Of a DNA stretch of 64,000 nt, positions 56,346 to 64,000 are shown piece after piece. The notes beneath the pieces are model-generated. The model saw only the letters and a program-made list of their open reading frames with translations. It was not told the origin of the DNA and did no database searches. The stretch lies in IMG/VR virus record IMGVR_UViG_3300031417_000358, one strand, 5' to 3'. This DNA is from a virus. How positions within the stretch are numbered: the first letter of the stretch is position 1; each line of letters starts with the position of its first letter. The translations under genes and the position numbers were made by a program.

Positions 56346-58544
56346 ATGGATATGCAAGTGGATATGTTGAGCAGCATGACGCACACGAACGTCGTTCCGC
56401 TCGTTTTTCGCCCGAAGGTAAAGACCGAGGAGTTCGAGCCAGTCATCCTGGCTGCAGCGCCCGACGCAATTCTGGCCATGCCGGAAAACACCCTCCACGA
56501 GAAGGTGCTCAAAGGCGTGGCGGTGCTGAAGTGGGTGATGGCGCGCCACGAAATCTGTTTCAGCTACTCAGGTGGCAAGGACAGTTCGACGGTGCTTTCG
56601 CTGGGGATGGCAGCTGCCGCGCAGCTGCAGGCCGAGGGCAAGACTGTGAAGCGCTTCCTGGTGCTGAACAGTAATACCCAGGTCGAGAACCCGGAAGTTC
56701 TGGCGGTGGTGAACAGCGAGCTGGCTCGCATACGGCAGTGGATTGCGGCACATGGCCTGCCTGGGCACATCCGCATCACCGAGCCGTACCTGCTGAGCCA
56801 GTGGGCCGTCACCATCATCGGCGGACGCAACCTCATCAGTACGCCGCTCACGAACCGGAACTGCACGACGAACCTCAAGTCCGACCCGCTGAACCGCGTT
56901 CGCAAGCAGTTTTTCGGGCCGAACGAGGTCTCGAAGGGACAATTCACTGTCGGGGTCACCGGCGTGCGTTTTTCCGAGAGCGTCGAGCGGGCGGGCAACA
57001 TGGAGAAACGAGCCGAGTCACCCGTGCAGATTGTCCAGACCAGTGCGGACCAGGACGTGTTCCTGGCACCGATTGCAACCTGGTCGACCGACGACGTGAT
57101 GGAGTTCATCGGCCTGGCCGTCAACCGCGATGTTTTACCGGAAGACGAGCGTCTGCCCATCGGCACGTACAGCGACCTGGCGGACGTCTGGCGCATCTAT
57201 AAGGATGCGGAAGGCGAATGCACGGTTGGCCGCGGCGACAAGCCCTCGAAAGGCTGCGGAGCCAGGCACGGCTGTTTTGTGTGTTCTATGGTCAGCAACG
57301 ACCGTTCGATGGATGCGTTCCTCCTCCAGGAGCAATACAGCTACATGGCGCCGCTGGCGGCGTTCAGGGAATACCTGAACAACACCGTGCACGACTACAG
57401 CAAGCGCACCTGGATTGGCCGCACCATCAACGACGGGCATATTGCGTTTGGCCCGGACGTCTACTCGGCAGAGTATGTCCAGGACCTGCTGCGGTATGCG
57501 CTGACGATTGACCGCGATGAGAAGCGCGCAGCTGCGAAGCTGGGCATCGCACCTCGGTTCGAAATCGTCAGCATGCGTGCGCTGGTGGCCATCGACGCGT
57601 TGTGGTCTCTCCAGGCCTTCACGATGCCGTACGCCGCCCTGGCCATCTACCATGACGTTTATGTCAAGGGCAGGTCGTTCGCTGTGCCCTCGGTGCCCCT
57701 GGTGCCGAAGGGGACCTTGCCGGCGACACGCTACATCCCCGTCGAGGACTGGGATGATGGGGCAGCGGGGTTCCTCACGGGCCTTCGCAATCCCCTGCTG
57801 GAGCTGGCGTCGACCCAACCGCGAGAGATAGAAGTCAAGGGTGAGCTGCGCATGGCGATGGGCACGCATAGCGGACCGATGTTCGAGGTCCACGATGAGT
57901 CCGTCGAGATGATTCTGCTGTTCGAGCTGGACCGCCTGGTAGCCCGCTATCACGAGGCAGCCAGGGCAGAAGGGCGCCGCGCCTTCCGCGTGGCCGGCGA
58001 AGCGTACACCTTCTATGCCCAGTACGGTGCCATCTCCCTGGCCCGGTCGCAAGTCGGAGAAGTGGACTCCACCCTGCGTCGTTCCGCCTGGCGCGAACGG
58101 CAAGGGCTGGCAGGCTACAACTACGACCACGACAAGGCCTTCGCGATGTCGCTGGAAAAGCCGGTACCGGTCGCCGCGCGCAAGCGCCCGCCCGTGCCGA
58201 CTGCCGCTGAAATCCGGGAGACCGAGCGTCGTCATCGTCGCAATCTGGTTCACGGCCGGCGCATCCCGCTGGATGTGTTGTTCCGTGAATGGGCGCCGGA
58301 CGTCGCATGGCACCGGGTAGGCAAGCGGGGGCTCACGCTGTATCGGCTCCCGGCGAATTGCCTGCAGAAGGAAAAGAAGCAGTACAGCACCTGCCGGCGC
58401 AAGGGATGGGCCCTCCATCACTGCGTGCATCACGGTGACCTGGTTCGCTTCATCCGGGATAATCCGGACATCGCCCGGCGCGTGGTGGCTCACCGCTCGG
58501 CATCGTCCCGTCCTGGCCGGCAGATGGCACTCTTCGCAGCATAG
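56346..58544 (+). CDS. PAPS-reductase-family (DndC-like) protein with C-terminal extension
   Basis: SYSGGKDS, NCTTNLK, GVRFSES..R, GARHGCFVC; start ATG 56346 after AGAGG. Confidence 0.85.
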   Translation: MDMQVDMLSSMTHTNVVPLVFRPKVKTEEFEPVILAAAPDAILAMPENTLHEKVLKGVAVLKWVMARHEICFSYSGGKDSSTVLSLGMAAAAQLQAEGKTVKRFLVLNSNTQVENPEVLAVVNSELARIRQWIAAHGLPGHIRITEPYLLSQWAVTIIGGRNLISTPLTNRNCTTNLKSDPLNRVRKQFFGPNEVSKGQFTVGVTGVRFSESVERAGNMEKRAESPVQIVQTSADQDVFLAPIATWSTDDVMEFIGLAVNRDVLPEDERLPIGTYSDLADVWRIYKDAEGECTVGRGDKPSKGCGARHGCFVCSMVSNDRSMDAFLLQEQYSYMAPLAAFREYLNNTVHDYSKRTWIGRTINDGHIAFGPDVYSAEYVQDLLRYALTIDRDEKRAAAKLGIAPRFEIVSMRALVAIDALWSLQAFTMPYAALAIYHDVYVKGRSFAVPSVPLVPKGTLPATRYIPVEDWDDGAAGFLTGLRNPLLELASTQPREIEVKGELRMAMGTHSGPMFEVHDESVEMILLFELDRLVARYHEAARAEGRRAFRVAGEAYTFYAQYGAISLARSQVGEVDSTLRRSAWRERQGLAGYNYDHDKAFAMSLEKPVPVAARKRPPVPTAAEIRETERRHRRNLVHGRRIPLDVLFREWAPDVAWHRVGKRGLTLYRLPANCLQKEKKQYSTCRRKGWALHHCVHHGDLVRFIRDNPDIARRVVAHRSASSRPGRQMALFAA

Positions 58545-58572
58545 GAAAAACTACATTGAAAGGGACCATACG

Positions 58573-58743
58573 TTGAAAATTATCCGCGTGCACGTGCACA
58601 AGAAGCCGCGTGCGTTCGCACTGCCGGTCAGCCTGTGCCAGAAGGCCGCACTGCTCATGCGCGGTTGGCGCCCCGCTGACCTGCCCCATGTCCCTATGGC
58701 CTGGTGGAGCCGGCCCCGCCAGCCAGTCGGCGCAGTGCAGTAG
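58573..58743 (+). CDS. Possible small basic protein (56 aa)
   Basis: TTG start after GAAAGGGA; ends before a terminator. Confidence 0.35.
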   Translation: MKIIRVHVHKKPRAFALPVSLCQKAALLMRGWRPADLPHVPMAWWSRPRQPVGAVQ

Positions 58744-58767
58744 TTTTGCTTGAAGCAGTACCTCCAG

Positions 58768-58799
58768 ACGCCATGCATCCGTGCATGGCGTTTTCTTTT
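58768..58799 (+). terminator. Terminator, duplicated at 59403-59434
   Basis: ACGCCATGC-loop-GCATGGCGT-TTTCTTTT. Confidence 0.75.
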
Positions 58800-58859
58800 C
58801 CGCGCGCGCGTCAGATTTGCCTATACAGAGCGTGGTCATTCAACTAGGAGGAAAACACC

Positions 58860-59384
58860 ATGCAAACCGTCAACCAAAACCCGTGCGCAGCCGCTACCGT
58901 CGCCAACCCTGTCAAGGTCTTCCACGCTATCCGCAATATCCAGCTGGAATTCGACCCGTCGGTGGGTGCGGAGTGGGGCGTCGCGTATGCCTACTGCGAA
59001 GATAACAAGCGTATGTCCGAGCTGTTTTCCCATCGCGATGCCGGCACTTTGCCCGAACTGTATGCCAAGCTGCCTTTCACGCGCGGCAAGCAGTCGGTAG
59101 CCTGTGGCGACTGGATGGCCTGCGTGCGCACCAGCGCGCCGACCGCCACTGCCCAGGTCGTTACCGCGGACGACATCGAGCACGTCCTGCAGGAATACAG
59201 CCTGCGCGTCCTGGACACCCAAGGCAAGTCCTTCGAAACGATGGCCGCTGAACTCGTCGACGAACTCGACCTGAGCTCGGTCATCCAGGCAGCTGCCGCC
59301 GCTGACACCCTGACTGCCAAGCAGCAGGCCGTGTTCGACGCGCTCCACACGCTGCTGGTCAAAGAAGGCGTCATCGACTTCTGA
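58860..59384 (+). CDS. Hypothetical protein
   Basis: AGGAGG RBS; CTATAC at 58821. Confidence 0.75.
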   Translation: MQTVNQNPCAAATVANPVKVFHAIRNIQLEFDPSVGAEWGVAYAYCEDNKRMSELFSHRDAGTLPELYAKLPFTRGKQSVACGDWMACVRTSAPTATAQVVTADDIEHVLQEYSLRVLDTQGKSFETMAAELVDELDLSSVIQAAAAADTLTAKQQAVFDALHTLLVKEGVIDF

Positions 59385-59402
59385 TGCGCCCCTAAGCACC
59401 TC

Positions 59403-59434
59403 ACGCCATGCTTCCCGCATGGCGTTTTCTTTTT
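59403..59434 (+). terminator. Terminator, duplicate of 58768-58799
   Basis: Same stem and tail. Confidence 0.75.
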
Positions 59435-59496
59435 AGCTCGGCTGGGCCACGAAATCTCCCGGCGACAGGCTGCGAAAAATGCTGGCAACTATTTTC

Positions 59497-59554
59497 TTGA
59501 CGCAACGTGGTTTTAACACTATACTTTATCGTAAATCGCAATTAACATGTATCT
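59497..59554 (+). promoter_or_regulatory. Sigma70 promoter plus box shared with the NAMPT-like gene
   Basis: TTGACG-17-TATACT, then GTAAATCGCAA..AACAT.TATC. Confidence 0.75.
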
Positions 59555-59564
59555 GGAGCCAGCC

Positions 59565-60425
59565 ATGACCCACCTCGCACTGACCTGTCAAACTCCTTCC
59601 GGCGCGCGTGCCTTCAACATCGAATGCTTTTCGTTCCCGGGCGGGGAGCGCCACGTTCGGCTGCCCGCGGAGGAAATGGAGGCGGCTGACTCGCGCGACT
59701 GGACCATCGAGGCCCGGGTCTATACGCCGGCGGAAATCATGGACCTGCTGCTGGCGACCGATGCTGTGCGACGTGTGATTCCGGCAGGGAGCCGGTTGTG
59801 CCTGCTGATGCCGTACGTGCCCTACGCCCGGCAAGACCGCGCCGCCCTGGAAGGCGAGCCGCTTTCTGCCAAGGTGTTCGACAACCTCATTAATGCCCTG
59901 AACTTTGACCAGGTGGAAATCTGGGACCCGCATAGCGACGTGACGGGCGCGATGCTCAACAACGTACGCATCCGGCGCTCGAAGGAGCTGCTGCAGGCCG
60001 CCTTCGACCAGAAGGGCGCTGGTCACCTGCTGCGCGAGTGTGCCTTCGTGGCGCCTGACGCTGGCGCGCACAAGCGCGTCGCCAAGCTGGCCGAGAAATT
60101 TGGCACCGCCGTCGTTTTCGCTGAAAAGGAGCGCGACCTGGCGACCGGCCGCATCTCGGGGACCCGAGTCCAGGGCGACCTGCCCCAGAAGCCGCTGCTG
60201 ATAGTGGACGACATCTGCGATGGCGGTTGGACCTTCATCGAGCTGGCGCGCGTGCTGCGTGCGAAGACGTCACAACCGCTGTACCTGTACGTCACGCACG
60301 GCCTGTTCACCAAGGGCTTGGACCCGCTCAAGGCCTGCTACGATGGCGTATTCTCGGCAAATTGCCGGGATGCCGCTATCGACCAGCAGCTCGGCATTTT
60401 CCAGGTGGACCAGAAAGCGGCCTGA
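59565..60425 (+). CDS. Ribose-phosphate pyrophosphokinase-like (Prs/Adps-like)
   Basis: FPGGE, PYVPYARQDR, DPHS, PDAGA, VDDICDGG.TF, VTHG; start ATG 59565 after GGAG. Confidence 0.9.
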   Translation: MTHLALTCQTPSGARAFNIECFSFPGGERHVRLPAEEMEAADSRDWTIEARVYTPAEIMDLLLATDAVRRVIPAGSRLCLLMPYVPYARQDRAALEGEPLSAKVFDNLINALNFDQVEIWDPHSDVTGAMLNNVRIRRSKELLQAAFDQKGAGHLLRECAFVAPDAGAHKRVAKLAEKFGTAVVFAEKERDLATGRISGTRVQGDLPQKPLLIVDDICDGGWTFIELARVLRAKTSQPLYLYVTHGLFTKGLDPLKACYDGVFSANCRDAAIDQQLGIFQVDQKAA

Positions 60426-60449
60426 CGTGCGTCGCCGGTGTACCGCCAG

Positions 60450-62615
60450 CTAGGCGCGCGTCGGACCCGCGTGGAGCAGCAGCTCGAATGCAGGTGCCGA
60501 CACCGCCGTTGAGAACAGGTACCCTTGGCCGTAATCGCAGCCTGCCGCCTGGAGCAGCGCCTCCTGCTCGGCGGTTTCGATGCCCTCGGCGACGACTTTC
60601 AGGCCCAGCTTGTGCGCCATGGCAATGATGGACTCGGCCAGTGCCAGGCTTTCCTTTTTGGTATCGATATTCTGGATGAAGCTCTTGTCTATTTTCAGAT
60701 AGTCAATATCGAACTGGGTCAGGTAGGACAGCGCCGAATATCCCGTGCCGAAGTCGTCCAGCGCCACCTGGATGCCCGCGGCCCGGTACTGCGTAAAGAC
60801 CTCGGCCACCCGAGGGGACGCCTGGAGCAACATCCCTTCGGTGATTTCAATGACAACACTACCAGGCAGCAGGGCTTTCTTAGCCATGCGCGACAGCCAG
60901 TGGTCGGAGTTTCGAGCGAGCAGCTGTATCGGTGAGCAGTTGACCCCGACCTGAAAAGCCTGTCCACGGGAAGCCCCCCATTTCCGCGCACAATTCATGG
61001 CTTCGTCGAACACCCAGTCGCCAATTTCATGGATGAGCCCGGACTCCTCTGCGAGAGGAATAAAATCTGCTGGACTGACGGCGCCGTATCGCGGATGTTC
61101 CCAGCGCAAGAGAGCTTCAGCTTTGACAATCAGGCCCGACTGCAGCTCGACGATAGGCTGGTAATGCACCTGCAGCTGTTTTGCCGTGAGCGCCTGGCGC
61201 AGGTCGTGTAGCAGCTCTACCCGGCGCTGCGCGGCGTCCTTCATCGCCTTGGTGAAGAACCGGAACTGGTTGCGGCCGGCATTCTTGGCCGCGTACATCG
61301 CTTGGTCGGCATTACGAATCAGGTCCTTGGAGTCGGTACCGTCCTTCGGGTACATCGTAATGCCGATGCTGGCCGACAGGTGTATCACATCGTCCTGCAA
61401 GTAAAACGGTGCCGCTATCCGGTTGATGAGCTTTTGCGCGGTCTGCGCGACATTGGCCGTGCCATGCAAGTCAGGCAGCAGCACCGTAAACTCGTCCCCG
61501 CCACGCCGCGCTACCGTATCCGAGTCGCGCACGCAGCTTGCGAGGCGCTGCGCAACCTGAACCAGCAGTTGGTCGCCAATGTCATGCCCGCGTAAATCGT
61601 TCACCTCCTTGAATCGGTCCAGGTCGATGAACAGTAATGCGAATTCCACACCTTCCCGAGCGCCACGTCGAATCTCACTTTCCATCCGGTCGCGGAAGAG
61701 CCGACGGTTTGATAGCCCGGTTAGGTGGTCGGTGGTGGCGTAATGCCAGATAGTCTCCTCTGCTTCTTTCTTTTCTGAAATATCGGTCAACGTCCCTGTT
61801 AAACGCAGAGCCTGGCCGTCTTGGTCACTGGCCACTACGACACCCCGGCTCAAGACCCATTTGTAGCTGCCGGTTTCGCACCGCATGCGGTACTCAATAT
61901 TGTATGGTGGTCCGCCCTGCAGCGTTCCCCGCAAAGCCGCCATCACGCGGTCGTAATCATGCGGATGGATGGTCTCGGTCCAGGCCTCAAACGTGGGCAT
62001 CGGGTCATCGCTGGTGTAACCCAAGATTTCCTTATAACGGTTCGACCGAAATACCTGTCCAGTTTTTACGTCCCAGTCCCAGACCCCGTCGCGGGCGCCT
62101 TCAATCGCAAACATCCAGCGCTCGGTACTGACGCGCAGCGCGTCCTGCGCCAACTTGTGGTCTGTGACATCGTTTCCTTGGATAAATACACCAAACACCC
62201 TGCCTTGAGCGTCAAAAAGGGGCTGGAATACGAAATCGAAATAACGGTCGACCCAATCTCTGGTGGGGGACGTAAGCTGGACTTTCGCGTGCATCTGGCG
62301 GCCCACGAATGGCTTTCCAGATTGAAAAACCTGGCTTGCCAGGGCTACGTACTCAGGCAATTCGGGCACCGCCTCCCGGGCGGGCTTGCCCAGTAACTCG
62401 CGATGGCCCAACAGCTCGTAGTAGGCCGGGTTCACCAGCTTGAAAATGAGGTCTGGGGTTTCCACCAGGGCATTGAAGCCTGGCGCCTGCTCGAACATGA
62501 CACGAAGGCGGGCAGCTTCCTCGTCGCTCAAGGGACTTCTCATATCGGTTGGACTGGCCGCGGCCGCGCTGCCGGCGCCAGCAGGCGAGGGCCTAGCGGG
62601 ATTCTCGTGTTTCAT
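60450..62615 (-). CDS. PAS-PAS-GGDEF-EAL diguanylate cyclase/phosphodiesterase
   Basis: DGVWDWD PAS, GGDEF, EALLRW, DDFGTGYS. Confidence 0.95.
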   Translation of the reverse strand: MKHENPARPSPAGAGSAAAASPTDMRSPLSDEEAARLRVMFEQAPGFNALVETPDLIFKLVNPAYYELLGHRELLGKPAREAVPELPEYVALASQVFQSGKPFVGRQMHAKVQLTSPTRDWVDRYFDFVFQPLFDAQGRVFGVFIQGNDVTDHKLAQDALRVSTERWMFAIEGARDGVWDWDVKTGQVFRSNRYKEILGYTSDDPMPTFEAWTETIHPHDYDRVMAALRGTLQGGPPYNIEYRMRCETGSYKWVLSRGVVVASDQDGQALRLTGTLTDISEKKEAEETIWHYATTDHLTGLSNRRLFRDRMESEIRRGAREGVEFALLFIDLDRFKEVNDLRGHDIGDQLLVQVAQRLASCVRDSDTVARRGGDEFTVLLPDLHGTANVAQTAQKLINRIAAPFYLQDDVIHLSASIGITMYPKDGTDSKDLIRNADQAMYAAKNAGRNQFRFFTKAMKDAAQRRVELLHDLRQALTAKQLQVHYQPIVELQSGLIVKAEALLRWEHPRYGAVSPADFIPLAEESGLIHEIGDWVFDEAMNCARKWGASRGQAFQVGVNCSPIQLLARNSDHWLSRMAKKALLPGSVVIEITEGMLLQASPRVAEVFTQYRAAGIQVALDDFGTGYSALSYLTQFDIDYLKIDKSFIQNIDTKKESLALAESIIAMAHKLGLKVVAEGIETAEQEALLQAAGCDYGQGYLFSTAVSAPAFELLLHAGPTRA

Positions 62616-62944
62616 GTTGTTCTTTGTTCAATTTGACCTTAATTCCCGCAAGCAATAAACCGGGACGGTAGACTTAGAGCTCGTGATTCTTTCAAAAGTT
62701 TTCAACATTTTCACGAAACAATTGACAATTGTTGCGCCAAATCGCCTTTGCCTGCCCAGCTGTGCCAGAAGGGCGGGTATTGCCATCTTAGTACCCCTCG
62801 CGGGATAAGCGAGCACCGTTGCATCTCAGAAATGACATTGCCCGGCTGTACCAAGGAAGCCGACGCGCACTTGCGCCTCAGCCAAGTACGCAGGCAGCAA
62901 AAATCGCTTCTGATACCAGAATGAATTTTCTTCGACAATGTTGC

Positions 62945-63001
62945 TTGACATCAATGCTATTAAGCACTATACTTAGTTGTAAATCGCAACAAACATATAT
63001 C
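62945..63001 (+). promoter_or_regulatory. Sigma70 promoter plus box shared with the Prs-like gene
   Basis: TTGACA-17-TATACT, then GTAAATCGCAA..AACAT.TATC. Confidence 0.8.
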
Positions 63002-63018
63002 ACCACTGAGAGAGCAAC

Positions 63019-64000
63019 ATGAACGCCCCATTCGCATTCGCCAAAACCCTGAACGGTACCATCCCGATGAACCTCGCCGACTTCTACAAGACCGGCCACC
63101 CGGGCATGTACCCGGAGGAGACTGACCTGCTGGTGGCCAACTGGACGCCGCGCGCCGACAAGTACGCACCGGTGGCGCTCTCTCCGCTGTACGACAGCAA
63201 GGTCGTCTGGTTCGGTATCACCGGCTTCATCAAAGAATTCCTCATCGACACGTTCAACCGCGACTTCTTCCAGAAGCCGAAGGCCGAGGCCGTGCGCAAG
63301 TACAAGCGTCGCATGGACACCGCGCTGGGCCTGAACAAGGTAAAGATGACGCAGCTGGAAAAGCTGCATGACCTGGGCTACCTGCCGCTGGAAATCCGCT
63401 CGCTGCCAGAAGGTTCGCGTGTCAACATCAAGGTCCCGCCGGTCGTGTTCCTCAACACGAACGATGCCTTTCCCTGGGTGTCGACCTACTTCGAGTCCCT
63501 GTTCAGCTGCGAGAGCTGGAAGCCGTCCACGGTCGCAACCATCGCGTTCGAGTTCCGCAAAATCCTGACCTACTTCGCGCACCTGACCGGCTCGCCGCTG
63601 GACTTCGTCAACTGGCAGGGCCACGACTTCTCGATGCGCGGCATGAGCGGCGTGCACGATGCGATGCGCTGCGGCGCCGGCCACTTGCTGTCGTTCTTCG
63701 GCACCGACACCATTCCGGCCATCGACTACCTCGAAGACTACTACGGCGCCAACAGCGATACCGAGCTGGTCGGCGGCTCCGTGCCGGCGACCGAGCACAG
63801 CGTCATGACCCTGCGCATCCTGCTGTGGGTCAAGCGCCTGGCTCGCGACCCGGCCAATGCCGGCAAGAGCGAGAAGGAACTGCGCAAGATGGCCGAGCTG
63901 AACGTCATCCGCGAGCTGGTCACCGAGCTGTTCCCATCGGGCATTGTATCCATCGTGGCCGACTCGTTCGACTTCTGGAACGTCATCACCAACATCGCCG
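63019..64000 (+). CDS. Nicotinamide phosphoribosyltransferase-like (NadV/Namat-like), truncated by the window end
   Basis: Translated by hand: DFYKTGH..MYP, HDFSMRG, GTDTIPA, PATEHSVM, GIVSIVADSFDFW; no stop, so missing from the ORF track. Confidence 0.92.
   Translation, partial: MNAPFAFAKTLNGTIPMNLADFYKTGHPGMYPEETDLLVANWTPRADKYAPVALSPLYDSKVVWFGITGFIKEFLIDTFNRDFFQKPKAEAVRKYKRRMDTALGLNKVKMTQLEKLHDLGYLPLEIRSLPEGSRVNIKVPPVVFLNTNDAFPWVSTYFESLFSCESWKPSTVATIAFEFRKILTYFAHLTGSPLDFVNWQGHDFSMRGMSGVHDAMRCGAGHLLSFFGTDTIPAIDYLEDYYGANSDTELVGGSVPATEHSVMTLRILLWVKRLARDPANAGKSEKELRKMAELNVIRELVTELFPSGIVSIVADSFDFWNVITNIA

Overview
GC-rich, densely coding 64-kb window with no rRNA, tRNA or CRISPR array that I could detect. 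It also lacks capsid, terminase, tra/trb and rep genes, and has no chromosomal core operons. The content best fits part of a megaplasmid or other very large mobile element, probably from a Betaproteobacterium (inference). It mixes solitary housekeeping homologues (RNase R/II-like, HU, RuvB without RuvA, RNR, LigA, TatA, porin, MCP, two-component pair) with many phage- or plasmid-type hypothetical genes. Main observations: (1) More than 20 genes are preceded by a shared CTATAC promoter-like motif, with subfamilies N6-AGGACA and N6-GCAGCA. Many sit in self-contained promoter-gene-terminator cassettes, and several cassettes are duplicated. (2) There is a dispersed NAD+ economy: Prs-like, NAMPT-like and NMNAT enzymes, two ADP-ribosyltransferase-like proteins and an NAD-dependent ligase. 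(3) An overlapping gene pair encodes a MazG-like protein and a mini class II aaRS-like protein. (4) A leaderless pilin-like gene accompanies four secreted Ig-domain proteins that share an N-terminal motif but carry different heads. (5) Several proteins look like pseudoenzymes: two eroded ABC ATPases, a tyrosine recombinase lacking its Tyr, and a degenerate histidine kinase. (6) A symmetric, terminator-insulated non-coding element lies at 25.37-25.67 kb. Family calls come from motifs read by eye, not from database searches, so novelty is unconfirmed.
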